Shown here: piece after piece, positions 46,044 through 55,831 of the stretch
Numbering within the stretch: position 1 is the stretch's first letter
How the letters are laid out: each line of letters opens with the position of its first letter
Source: an uncultured Bacilli bacterium
GTDB taxonomy: Bacteria > Bacillota_I > Bacilli_A > RF39 > UBA660
Assembly (NCBI GenBank): GCA_947632395.1
Contig: CANRPA010000003.1
Span: 257-64,256 of the forward strand
Reading direction: 5' to 3'
Length of the DNA: 64,000 nt
The notes under the pieces: model-generated
The model's input: only the letters and a program-made list of their open reading frames with translations
The model's database searches: none
What the model was told of the DNA's origin: nothing
Translations under genes and position numbers: made by a program

Positions 46044-47546
46044 GTGAAAGTAAAAGATAAAAAGAATAAAAAGAAATTTATTGGTCCCGTAATAGAGATA
46101 ATGCTTTTCGCACTTATTTCTTCTATTTTAGCATTTATATTTAATTTAGCAGGGACTAGTGGTTATACAACAGAACCTAAAACATTTGAAACTACATTAG
46201 TAGTAATTAATAACATATTCAGTAAATCTGGAATAAAATATGTTTTAAATAATTCCTTATCAAATTTGCAATCACTTGAACCAATAGTAATGCTTATAAT
46301 GTCACTTATAGCAGTTTCAATACTTGAGGCTAGTGGACTTTTAAAACATATATTTACACCACTAAAGAAAGTTAAATTTAAATATGTTATTGCTGGAGTT
46401 ATGTTTGTAGGTATAATTTCTACAATAATTGGTGATTATAGTTACACAATGTTATTACCAATTGCAGGTATACTATATAAGTATATTGGAAAAGATTCAT
46501 CACTTGGTGTACTTACAATGTTTATAGCTATTACTATAGGATATGGTACAGGACTTACATATAATTATCAAACGTATGAACTTGCAAATATAACAGAATT
46601 ATCTGCTCAAAGTATAATAAGTAATTATGACTATAATTTAATGTCAAATATATTTGTTTTATTAGCAGCTACAATAGTTTTAACTATAGTTGGAACACTT
46701 GTAATTGAGAAATTTTCAAAAAAATATTCAAGAAATGAAGAAGTAGATAATTTAAATACATCTAAAAAAGCTTCAAAGATAACTTTAATAGCATTTTTAA
46801 TTATGTTAGCAATTGTAGTGTATTGTATAATACCAGGATTGCCATCATCAGGTATGTTACTTGATAAAAATGCTCCAACATATATAGCAAAATTATTTGG
46901 ATCATCATCTCCACTTAACCAAGGATTAATGTTTATGATAATAGCAATACTTATGGTATGTGGATTTATATATGGTACTGTATCAAGAAATATAAAAAAT
47001 AGTAGTGATTATAGTAAGGCACTTTCTAAAACATTTGAAGGAACTGGATATGTATTCGTATTGTTATTTTTTACATCAGTATTATATGTAATAATAGATT
47101 GGACAAAAGTATTTGAGGTTATATCTTTAAATATAGTAGATTTTATAGGAACAAGTAAAATTACTGGTATATTACTTGTAATATTGATGTTTTTAGTAGT
47201 AGTATTTATATCTATATTTATACCATCAACATTAGTTAAATGGAGTTTATCTGGACCAATATTTGTACCACTATTAATGCGTGCGAATATTTCTCCTTCA
47301 TTTACACAAACAATATTTATAGCAGCAGATTCTGTAGGAAAATTATTTTCCCCAATATATTTATATTTTATTATAACTATTGGACTTATGTATAAATATG
47401 ATAAAGATTCAAATGTTAATATACTAGGAACAATGAAAAAAATAATGCCATCAATATTAATACTTTCATTAACTTGGATTGTAATAATAATTGTTTGGTA
47501 TTTGATAGGACTTCCAATAGGAGTAAATTCAAATATAACATTATAA
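46044..47546 (+). CDS. Multi-pass membrane transporter, possibly AbgT/YdaH family
   Basis: 500 aa with a GTG start behind SD AGGAGG and about 12 hydrophobic segments. The family assignment rests only on size and a weak motif impression. Confidence 0.6.
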   Translation: MKVKDKKNKKKFIGPVIEIMLFALISSILAFIFNLAGTSGYTTEPKTFETTLVVINNIFSKSGIKYVLNNSLSNLQSLEPIVMLIMSLIAVSILEASGLLKHIFTPLKKVKFKYVIAGVMFVGIISTIIGDYSYTMLLPIAGILYKYIGKDSSLGVLTMFIAITIGYGTGLTYNYQTYELANITELSAQSIISNYDYNLMSNIFVLLAATIVLTIVGTLVIEKFSKKYSRNEEVDNLNTSKKASKITLIAFLIMLAIVVYCIIPGLPSSGMLLDKNAPTYIAKLFGSSSPLNQGLMFMIIAILMVCGFIYGTVSRNIKNSSDYSKALSKTFEGTGYVFVLLFFTSVLYVIIDWTKVFEVISLNIVDFIGTSKITGILLVILMFLVVVFISIFIPSTLVKWSLSGPIFVPLLMRANISPSFTQTIFIAADSVGKLFSPIYLYFIITIGLMYKYDKDSNVNILGTMKKIMPSILILSLTWIVIIIVWYLIGLPIGVNSNITL

Positions 47547-47550
47547 AAAT

Positions 47551-47586
47551 AAATGAATATGTTAGTAATTTCTAACATATTTATTT
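47551..47586 (+). terminator. Hairpin after the transporter gene
   Basis: AAATGAATATGTTAG-taattt-CTAACATATTTATTT (one G.U pair). The U-rich 3' arm is embedded in the stem. Confidence 0.45.
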
Positions 47587-47642
47587 GGATATAATTAATA
47601 TAAAAAATGCTGTAATTCTAATAAAGTGAAAGGAATGATAAA

Positions 47643-50612
47643 ATGAAACAAAATATAAAATTTAAAAAGTATAAAAATATAAAGGCATTTACTTTAATAG
47701 AATTACTAGCTGTAATAGTAATACTAGCTATGTTAGCTTTAATCGCAGTTCCAATTGTTACAGGATTAATTGAAAACTCAAGAAAAAAAGCAGCGCTCAT
47801 AAGTGCTGAAAATGTATTAAAAATTGGGAAAATTTATCACACATCTAATAGATTAAGCTATAATCCTGAAACAGGATTGATAAGATTCGATTGTAAAGAT
47901 AATAAATGTATATCTACAGAATTAGATTATTATAATCCTCAAGAACTAGTCATGGATGGTCAAGTAGGCGATGGATATATTCTTGGAAGTAAGGATGGGA
48001 ACTTTGCTTTTCAACTTTCTATGTATGGATATTGTGCATATAAATACTTTGGTAGTGATGAAATAAAAGTAACTAGAGGGGATTGCAGTAAGATTGAATT
48101 TTCTAATGATGCTACAAGACCAATAATAGTAGAAAAAGAGAATTCTCCAATTGCTTCAAGTAATCGAATTATAATAAGTTATGACATAACTGAAAATGAA
48201 TCTAAAATAACAGATGTAACATGTAGATATGGAGATAAAGATTTTTCTTTCGATAAAACTTCAGATGAAGTAAATGATAGTCAATGTACAATAAGAGATG
48301 TAGAATTTGGCAAAACAATATATTATGAAATATGTGCTACAGATGAAGGTAAAAATGTTACTAAACCATGTTTAACAGGAAAAGCAACGACAAAACCAGT
48401 ATCAGCTCCAACAATCGCATGGCAAGGATATAATTACGTAGGAACTACAAATGTAATTATGGATGGATATGTGTATAGTGATGAAGCAACAGTTAATTTT
48501 GATGATATAGGAGTATATAATGCTAAACATTATATAAAAACAAGTGTAAATACAAAAGTAAATGTAGAAGCTATTCCATGTGGAACAGGAGTAAATCCAG
48601 TATGTGAAGATCGAGCAAGTACATTAGCAATTTTAAATGCTAATACTTGGTATCAAATAACAGGTAATAAAGTAGTAGTAACTTTTGATGAGCAAGGAAA
48701 TATTGAAGCATATACATATGATGAAACAGGTAATAAAGGATATTCAAATGGAAATAGTAGAAAAATAGATAAAACCGCACCAACTAATATAAATTCAAAT
48801 ATAAGTAATATTACATCTAATAGTGTTACTGTAAATGCAATGTGTTCTGATCAAGAATCAGGAATTGAAAAGATTGAAATCAGTAAAGATGGTGGAAAAA
48901 CATATGAAGCTTACAAAATGATTGATAGTTTGTGGCAAATGGAAACATCTTTTGGACTTACTAATTTATCATTAACAAAATCAAATGTTTATGAAAATGG
49001 AACAAAAGTTTATAAATATGTATTTAATAATATTTCTGATTCTAAGCAAAGTGGAATATATTATCGTTCACAAAATTATCCACAAAAATTAACAAATGGT
49101 ACAGAATATGTTTGGTCAGTTTATTTAAAATCAAATCGTGATATAACAGTAGAATTCTTAGGTCAAGAACAATATGGATATAGTAGAGATTCTTTAAAAA
49201 CAAATTTTGAAAGATATGATAAATTATTTACAGCAAAAGAACATCCAAATAGTGCATTTGTAATTTATGGTCCATTTATAGCAAATGATGAATTATATGT
49301 ACATTCATTATCATTAAGAGAAAAAGGTGTATATAGTAAAGAAGCTTCATTTGAATATACTTTTAATGATTTGACAGATAGTTCATATGATATAAAGGTT
49401 AGATGTACAAATAATTTAGGACAAATGAGTGAAGGAGAAGCAACAACTACAACAAAATCAGCTATTAGTTTTGAACATGAAAATATAACAATCATAAATA
49501 ACGGAAATAAGGAAGAAATAGATTATGCCTTAAGAAGTGGTTTAACTGTTAAAGATAAAGATGGACAAATTATAAATAATGCAACTGTAAGTTATGATTT
49601 AGATATTAATAATCTAGAAAATAAAGAATATAACGTTATTTATACAGCTACTTATGACGATAAAGTAATTACCCGTTTGAGAAAAGTTAATGTTACAAAT
49701 AAAACAAATATAACAACATTTGATACACCAGGAGAAGGACATGCCTTTACACCAACATATAATGGAGTATATAAAATAGAGCTATGGGGAGCTCAAGGAG
49801 GAAATGATGGAGGCCATGGAGCTTATACATCAGGAAATATAGAGTTAGATTCTAATGATACATTATATGTCTATGTAGGTGGTGAAGGAAAAACTATAAA
49901 CTGGGAATCAGGTGATATGTCTTCTATTGATGGCGGATTTAATGGTGGCGGTATTGCTGTCAATCAAAGAACATTTTCAAATCGATATTGGGGAAGTGGC
50001 GGAGGTGCCACAGATATACGATTAAAAAGTGGTTTATGGGATGACTTTGATAGTTTAAAAACTCGCATTATGGTAGCAGCTGGTGGAGGAGGCTCATTTA
50101 ATCAGAGTAATATAATTTGTCAAGGCGGAGTTGGTGGAACTCTTACGGGTTTTGATGGAGAACATATTTCAGGTAATACATGGGGAACAGAAGGCCTTGG
50201 TGGTACACAGAAATCTGGAGGTTATTCATCTTGCTTAGCTAATACATCATGCCCAAATATAGTTGGAAATTATGCTTTTGGTGGTTTTGGCTTGGGTGGT
50301 CAAAGTTTTACAACAGGACATTCTGGAGGTGGAAGTGGCTACTATGGTGGAGGAGGCTCTTTTCACGTTCAGTCAGCAGGAGGAGGCTCATCCTTTATTT
50401 CAGGATATGAAGGCTGTGATGCTATAGAAGAAGAATCCACTATAGACCATATTATTCATACAGGAAAATCTATTCATTATAGTGGATATATATTTGATAA
50501 TCCTAACATGATTGCAGGTAATAGTGACATGCCAAATTACGATGGAAATGGTACTATAGTAGGTAATAGTGGTAATGGATACGCCAAAATAACTTTAATA
50601 TATTATTATTAA
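47643..50612 (+). CDS. Large prepilin-signal (type IV pilin-like N-terminus) multidomain surface protein with a C-terminal glycine-rich domain
   Basis: 989 aa. N-terminus KNIKA/FTLIELLAVIVILAMLALIAVP has the class III signal with E at +5. Then come a Cys-containing pilin-like head, several Ig/Fn3-like segments (DKTAPT...), a jelly-roll-like segment, and a C-terminal 295 aa of the type YKIELWGAQGG...GGFNGGG...GGGATDIRL...VAAGGGGS...GGGSGYYGGGG...AGGGSSFISGY. Confidence 0.8.
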   Translation: MKQNIKFKKYKNIKAFTLIELLAVIVILAMLALIAVPIVTGLIENSRKKAALISAENVLKIGKIYHTSNRLSYNPETGLIRFDCKDNKCISTELDYYNPQELVMDGQVGDGYILGSKDGNFAFQLSMYGYCAYKYFGSDEIKVTRGDCSKIEFSNDATRPIIVEKENSPIASSNRIIISYDITENESKITDVTCRYGDKDFSFDKTSDEVNDSQCTIRDVEFGKTIYYEICATDEGKNVTKPCLTGKATTKPVSAPTIAWQGYNYVGTTNVIMDGYVYSDEATVNFDDIGVYNAKHYIKTSVNTKVNVEAIPCGTGVNPVCEDRASTLAILNANTWYQITGNKVVVTFDEQGNIEAYTYDETGNKGYSNGNSRKIDKTAPTNINSNISNITSNSVTVNAMCSDQESGIEKIEISKDGGKTYEAYKMIDSLWQMETSFGLTNLSLTKSNVYENGTKVYKYVFNNISDSKQSGIYYRSQNYPQKLTNGTEYVWSVYLKSNRDITVEFLGQEQYGYSRDSLKTNFERYDKLFTAKEHPNSAFVIYGPFIANDELYVHSLSLREKGVYSKEASFEYTFNDLTDSSYDIKVRCTNNLGQMSEGEATTTTKSAISFEHENITIINNGNKEEIDYALRSGLTVKDKDGQIINNATVSYDLDINNLENKEYNVIYTATYDDKVITRLRKVNVTNKTNITTFDTPGEGHAFTPTYNGVYKIELWGAQGGNDGGHGAYTSGNIELDSNDTLYVYVGGEGKTINWESGDMSSIDGGFNGGGIAVNQRTFSNRYWGSGGGATDIRLKSGLWDDFDSLKTRIMVAAGGGGSFNQSNIICQGGVGGTLTGFDGEHISGNTWGTEGLGGTQKSGGYSSCLANTSCPNIVGNYAFGGFGLGGQSFTTGHSGGGSGYYGGGGSFHVQSAGGGSSFISGYEGCDAIEEESTIDHIIHTGKSIHYSGYIFDNPNMIAGNSDMPNYDGNGTIVGNSGNGYAKITLIYYY

Positions 50613-50637
50613 ATAGAAAGAACTATTAATAGAATTG

Positions 50638-50670
50638 AAAAATATGTTAGAACTTCTAATATATTTTTTT
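50638..50670 (+). terminator. Intrinsic terminator after the pilin-like gene
   Basis: AAAAATATGTTAG-aactt-CTAATATATTTTT (one G.U pair), running into a T7 tract. Confidence 0.6.
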
Positions 50671-50748
50671 GTAATAAATTATTAATTTATTATTGATATA
50701 AAGTAAGTTTTATACTAAAATAATAATAAATTTAAGGAGAGATTCTTT

Positions 50749-52065
50749 ATGCAAAAGGTATATGAGTTTTTAAATAATTTTAATTTTGATAATGAATATA
50801 TAGTGGTAGCTACTAGTGGTGGACCTGATTCTATGTTCTTACTTAATTTGTTAATAAAATTAAGAGAGAAGTTAAGTTTAAAAATAGTTGTTGCTCATGT
50901 ACATCATAATCATAGAAAAGAAAGTGATGAGGAAGCAACAAAATTACAAGATTTTTGTAATAAAAATAATTTAATATTTGAAATGAAAAAAATAAATGAG
51001 TATCCTAATAATAAATTTAGTGAAGAATTTGCAAGAAATTTTAGATATAATTTTTTTGGAGATATACTAAAAAAATATAATACTGACATTCTCTTTACAG
51101 CTCATCATGCGGATGATTTGATTGAAACAATTTTAATGCGAATAACAAGAGGATCTAGTGTTAAAGGGTATACTGGTTTTTCAAAAATATCAATGGATAG
51201 AGGTTATAAAATCGTAAGACCACTAATATATATTACAAAAAGTGAAATAGAAGAATATATGAATAATAATAATATGTGGTATGCAGTGGATGTGTCAAAT
51301 GAAAGTGATGTTCATACAAGAAATAGATTTAGAAAAAATATATTACCTAAATTAAAAGAAGAAAATAGTAATGTACATGAAAAATTTATAGAGTTTAGTG
51401 AAAAGATATTACTTGTTGATGAATATGTAAAAAAAGAAAGTTTAAAAATATATAATATAATAGTTAAAGATAATATTATAGATGTAAATAGATTTAATGA
51501 ATTAGATGAAATAATGAAAATATATATTCTTGAAGAATATATAAAAAAAATATATAAAAATAATATAGTTGAAATTAGTTATAAACACATAAGATTAATA
51601 ATAGATATGTTATTGACTAAAGAGGATTCAAAAATAGATTTACCAAATAATATGAAAGGTATTTTAGAATATAATAAATTTAAAATAATAAATTATATAA
51701 AAAATATAGAATATGATTATACCTTTTATGATAAAATAGTATTACCAAATGGAAGAAAAATTGAAATAGATAATGATACTTTGTTAACATCAAATTATGT
51801 AATACATTTAAATAGTAAAGATATAAAAATGCCATTTCATGTAAGGACTAGAAGAAATGGAGATAAAATGATTGTAAAGAATATGTCGGGTGTTAAAAAA
51901 GTTAATGATATATTTACAAATTCTAAGATATCAAAAGAACTTAGAGATATTTATCCAATAGTTACAGATGATGATAATAACATAATTTGGATACCTGGTA
52001 TAAAAAAATCAAATTTTGATAGAAAAAAAGATAAAAAGTATGATATAATATTAAAGTACATTTAA
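50749..52065 (+). CDS. tilS: tRNA(Ile)-lysidine synthase TilS
   Basis: 438 aa with PP-loop SGGPDS, and tilS-ftsH context. Confidence 0.92.
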   Translation: MQKVYEFLNNFNFDNEYIVVATSGGPDSMFLLNLLIKLREKLSLKIVVAHVHHNHRKESDEEATKLQDFCNKNNLIFEMKKINEYPNNKFSEEFARNFRYNFFGDILKKYNTDILFTAHHADDLIETILMRITRGSSVKGYTGFSKISMDRGYKIVRPLIYITKSEIEEYMNNNNMWYAVDVSNESDVHTRNRFRKNILPKLKEENSNVHEKFIEFSEKILLVDEYVKKESLKIYNIIVKDNIIDVNRFNELDEIMKIYILEEYIKKIYKNNIVEISYKHIRLIIDMLLTKEDSKIDLPNNMKGILEYNKFKIINYIKNIEYDYTFYDKIVLPNGRKIEIDNDTLLTSNYVIHLNSKDIKMPFHVRTRRNGDKMIVKNMSGVKKVNDIFTNSKISKELRDIYPIVTDDDNNIIWIPGIKKSNFDRKKDKKYDIILKYI

Positions 52066-52077
52066 GGGAGGAAAACT

Positions 52078-54075
52078 ATGAATAAAAAAGTTGTTAAAAG
52101 AAGTATATTTTCATATGTATTTTTATTTTTAGTAATAATAGGAATATTTTATTTTGTTAATATATTAAATAATAAAGTTAATGATTTATCATATAGTGAA
52201 TTTTTAACAGAATTAAAAAATAATAATGTTACAGAACTTAATATAATACCTAATAGTAGTCAAGGTACTTATTCATTAAAGGGTAAATTAAAAGGTTATA
52301 AAGAAAACGAAACATTTGCAGCAGCAGCTACTTTAAGTGAAGAAACTTTAAAACAGATAAGTGAGATTACTGCTGAAAATGAAGATATAGATTTAAGAGT
52401 TTCTAAAGATCCTGATTCAAGTTGGTTTTTACTATTTTTAGTAAATATATTACCAATGGTATTGATAATAGGTATAGGATATTTCTTTATATCTAAACAA
52501 ATGGGTAGTGCGAATAAATCAATGGATTTTGGAAGAAGTAGAGCACGCCTTACAAGTGATAAAGATAAAGTTAAATTTGATAAAGTTGCAGGTTTAACTG
52601 AAGAAAAAGAAGAAGTTCAAGAACTTATAGATTTCTTAAAGGAACCATCTAAGTTTAAGAAAATGGGAGCACGTATTCCTAAAGGTGTATTACTTGTTGG
52701 TCCTCCAGGTACAGGTAAAACTTTACTTGCTAAAGCTGTTGCTGGAGAAGCTAATGTTCCATTCTATTTTATAAGTGGTTCAGATTTCGTAGAACTTTTT
52801 GTAGGTGTTGGAGCAAGTCGTGTAAGAGATATGTTTAAACAAGCAAAACAAAATGCACCTTGTTTAATATTTATTGATGAAATAGATGCAGTTGGACGTC
52901 AAAGAGGAACTGGTCTTGGTGGTGGACATGATGAAAGAGAACAAACTTTGAATCAATTACTTACTGAGATGGATGGATTTGGTGCAAATGAAGGTATTAT
53001 TGTAATAGCAGCTACAAATAGACCTGATGTATTGGATCCAGCTTTACTTAGACCAGGAAGATTTGATAGACAAATTACAGTTAACTATCCTGATGTAAAA
53101 GGAAGAGAAGAAATTTTACGTGTACATGCGAAAGGAAAAATATTTGCTAAAAATGTTAAATTAGAAAATATTGCTAAACGTACTGTAGGTTTTAGTGGAG
53201 CAGATTTAGAGAATTTACTTAATGAAGCAGCTTTACTTACGGTAAGAAGAAATAAGAAAGCAATTACAATGTCTGAAATAGATGAGGCTCATGATCGTGT
53301 ACTTATGGGACCAGCAAAAGTTACTAAAAAATATACAGAAAAAGAGAAAAAACTTGTTGCGTACCATGAAGCAGGTCATGCAGTAGTTGGTATTAAACTA
53401 GAAGGTGCAAATGAAGTTCAAAAAATAACTATAATTCCTCGTGGTCAAGCAGGTGGTTATAACCTAATGCTTCCAAGAGAAGAAACTTTCCTTTCAACTA
53501 AGAAAGAACTTACAGAAACAATTAGTGGTTTACTTGGTGGTCGTGTAGCAGAAGAAATAGTATTCAATGAAGTAACAACAGGTGCTCACAATGATTTTGA
53601 AAAAGCAACTAAAATCGCACGTGCAATGGTAACAGAATATGGTATGAGTGATTTAGGACCAATTCAATTTGAACATCAAGATTCAAGTGTATTTTTAGGA
53701 AGAGATTATAATAAAAGTCGTAATTTTTCAAGTCAAGTAGCATTCGAAATAGATCAAGAACAAAGAAAAATAATAAATGAATGTTATGAAACAACTAAAA
53801 AAATAATAAAAGAAAATAGAGATTTACTTGATTTAATAGCTAATACATTACTTGAATATGAAACAATAACTAAAGAACAAATTGACTATTTAGTTAAAAA
53901 TGGATGTATGCCAGATGAAGATGGTGAAATTGATTTAAGTGATTATAAAGAAGCATCATTAAATGATTTGTCATTAGATGAACTTAAAGAAATGGCTAAA
54001 GATAAAGGAATTAAAATAACAAGTAAAATGACTAAGTCAGAGATTGTAAAAAAATTAGAAGAAGATAATGAGTAG
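52078..54075 (+). CDS. ftsH: ATP-dependent zinc metalloprotease FtsH
   Basis: 665 aa with two TM helices, AAA+ [16 protein letters not shown], and zinc motif HEAGH. Confidence 0.98.
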   Translation: MNKKVVKRSIFSYVFLFLVIIGIFYFVNILNNKVNDLSYSEFLTELKNNNVTELNIIPNSSQGTYSLKGKLKGYKENETFAAAATLSEETLKQISEITAENEDIDLRVSKDPDSSWFLLFLVNILPMVLIIGIGYFFISKQMGSANKSMDFGRSRARLTSDKDKVKFDKVAGLTEEKEEVQELIDFLKEPSKFKKMGARIPKGVLLVGPPGTGKTLLAKAVAGEANVPFYFISGSDFVELFVGVGASRVRDMFKQAKQNAPCLIFIDEIDAVGRQRGTGLGGGHDEREQTLNQLLTEMDGFGANEGIIVIAATNRPDVLDPALLRPGRFDRQITVNYPDVKGREEILRVHAKGKIFAKNVKLENIAKRTVGFSGADLENLLNEAALLTVRRNKKAITMSEIDEAHDRVLMGPAKVTKKYTEKEKKLVAYHEAGHAVVGIKLEGANEVQKITIIPRGQAGGYNLMLPREETFLSTKKELTETISGLLGGRVAEEIVFNEVTTGAHNDFEKATKIARAMVTEYGMSDLGPIQFEHQDSSVFLGRDYNKSRNFSSQVAFEIDQEQRKIINECYETTKKIIKENRDLLDLIANTLLEYETITKEQIDYLVKNGCMPDEDGEIDLSDYKEASLNDLSLDELKEMAKDKGIKITSKMTKSEIVKKLEEDNE

Positions 54076-54097
54076 TTATCTTTTTTCTTTAAAAAAA

Positions 54098-54126
54098 TTG
54101 ACTTAAATATATAAAAATGTTATAAT
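54098..54126 (+). promoter_or_regulatory. Near-consensus sigmaA promoter (TTGACT-17 bp-TGnTATAAT) for the yabE-like gene
   Basis: TTGACT at 54098-54103, a 17-nt spacer ending in TGT, TATAAT at 54121-54126. Confidence 0.55.
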
Positions 54127-54153
54127 TTAATTACCCAAAATAGAGGTGAGAAA

Positions 54154-54837
54154 ATGTCAAAGAAAGTTAAAGTTTCATTGATTTTATCTATATTAATAAT
54201 AGTAATAACAATAACAGTAACTATAAAAACTACTGGTGTTACGATAGAAAATCCAAATAATAATATGACAGCAACCATAGTAAATGAGGTAGATCCTTTT
54301 GAAACAACTTATGTATATAATGAAAAAATTCCATCTACTGCAGAACCAATAGTACTAGAAGAAGGTATTAATGGACTTGATTTTACTTATGATGGACTAA
54401 ATTATACACATTTAAGTGATAAAAAAAATCAAGTAGTAGAAGTAGGAACAGGTAAAAATGGAGAATACAAAGGGACACTTACTGGATATGGTCCTGATTG
54501 CCCAGGTTGCAGTGTTGTAGGAAATGTATCTTGTTTAACTAAAAATGGAACAAGACATAGTTTGATAACTGATGGTATATATTACAATGATGATACATAT
54601 GGAAATATTAGAATACTTGCTGCAGATAATTCACTTTTTCCATGTGGAACTATAATAAAAGTAAGCAATAATACTTTATCTGAATTCTATGCTATTGTAC
54701 TTGACACAGGATCAACTATGAGAAATGCATGGAAACAAGGTGTTGTTTGGATAGATTTAGCATTCTCTGAGGAAAAAGGAACTGCTAAAGTAACAAATAA
54801 AAATACAAAATTTAGTGTACAAAGATGGGGTTGGTAA
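54154..54837 (+). CDS. Membrane-anchored G5-like plus 3D (DPBB) domain cell-wall protein, YabE-like
   Basis: 227 aa with an N-terminal TM helix and a C-terminal TGYGPDCPGCS...ILAAD..FPCGTIIKV...VLDTGS...IDLAF pattern, as in 3D-domain proteins. It precedes rsmA as yabE does in Bacillus. Confidence 0.75.
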   Translation: MSKKVKVSLILSILIIVITITVTIKTTGVTIENPNNNMTATIVNEVDPFETTYVYNEKIPSTAEPIVLEEGINGLDFTYDGLNYTHLSDKKNQVVEVGTGKNGEYKGTLTGYGPDCPGCSVVGNVSCLTKNGTRHSLITDGIYYNDDTYGNIRILAADNSLFPCGTIIKVSNNTLSEFYAIVLDTGSTMRNAWKQGVVWIDLAFSEEKGTAKVTNKNTKFSVQRWGW

Positions 54838-54925
54838 CCTATCTTTTTTTTTAAAATAAGTATTAAAAAATATATAAAAATAATGTATAATTAATATGTA
54901 ATTAAAAAATAGTAGGGAGTTATTT

Positions 54926-55768
54926 ATGGAATATTCACCAAATAAATTAAAAGAAAAAATGAATAAATATAATTTTAATTTTAAAAAAATGTATGGTCAA
55001 AACTTTATAGTAGATGAAAATATAATAAACAATATAATAACAAATTCTAATATAGATAAAGATACTCTTGTAATAGAAATAGGACCAGGGGCAGGTTCAC
55101 TTACATATAAATTAGGATTATATGCGAAAAATGTACTTTGTTATGAAATAGATACTAAAGTAAAAGAATTACTTTTAGAAAATATAAAAGGATTAAATAA
55201 CGTAGATATAATATTTGATGACTTTTTAAAGTGTAATGTAATTCAAGATATAAAAAAATATGATTATAAAAAATTATATGTAATTGCTAATCTTCCTTAC
55301 TATATAACAACTCCTATTATAATAAAATTTATTGAAGAAGAAATACCTGTAGATAAAATAGTAGTAATGGTACAAAAAGAAGTAGGAGATAGGTTTAAAG
55401 CAAAACCAGGAACTAAAGATTATAATTCATTATCAATATATTTAAATTATTATTTTAATATAAAAAAGATACTAGATGTATCTAAAAATGTATTTATTCC
55501 AAAACCTAATGTAGATAGCATAGTAGTAGAATTTACTAAAAAAGAAGAAAAATATGAATTAAAAAATAAAAAGTTATTTTTTAAATTAGTAAAAGATTCA
55601 TTTAATCAAAAAAGAAAGACATTAAGAAATAATTTAAAAGAATATAACTTAGAAAAAATAGAAGAAGTATTAAAAAAATATAATTTAGATTTAAGTGTTA
55701 GGGCAGAAGCACTTCCTATTGACATTTTCATTGATATTTCAAATAATTTACTTGAAAAAAGTAAATAA
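54926..55768 (+). CDS. rsmA: 16S rRNA (adenine1518/1519-N6)-dimethyltransferase RsmA/KsgA
   Basis: 280 aa with GQNFIVD, EIGPGAGSLT and NLPYYITTPI. Confidence 0.95.
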   Translation: MEYSPNKLKEKMNKYNFNFKKMYGQNFIVDENIINNIITNSNIDKDTLVIEIGPGAGSLTYKLGLYAKNVLCYEIDTKVKELLLENIKGLNNVDIIFDDFLKCNVIQDIKKYDYKKLYVIANLPYYITTPIIIKFIEEEIPVDKIVVMVQKEVGDRFKAKPGTKDYNSLSIYLNYYFNIKKILDVSKNVFIPKPNVDSIVVEFTKKEEKYELKNKKLFFKLVKDSFNQKRKTLRNNLKEYNLEKIEEVLKKYNLDLSVRAEALPIDIFIDISNNLLEKSK

Positions 55769-55831
55769 TAATGATATTATTACTATAGAGATAGAGTGAT
55801 ACTAAAAATTATTTAGAAAGAAGGAAATAAA

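Noticed and set aside
47009-47578. A 189-aa minus-strand ORF, plus many other antisense ORFs in the track: 3-254, 4424-4684, 5707-5889, 7247-7522, 7607-7804, 9332-9526, 10647-10835, 13302-13610, 14602-14862, 16835-17017, 17282-17626, 19082-19267, 20440-20652, 20871-21104, 21566-21766, 21882-22163, 22939-23121, 26432-26668, 27117-27383, 27951-28202, 29500-29760, 29995-30342, 30649-30972, 31450-31650, 31882-32109, 35253-35438, 37625-37813, 40395-40586, 40779-41066, 42619-42801, 45794-46027, 47618-47800, 49265-49495, 53609-53794, 56056-56247, 58179-58367, 60018-60227, 60558-60743.
   Set aside because: Each lies wholly or largely antisense to, or out of frame within, a gene with strong family evidence (3-254 lies opposite the noc-like gene). 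All have low-complexity, Ile/Leu/Phe/Ser-rich translations typical of the stop-poor antisense frames of AT-rich genes. None has a convincing SD.
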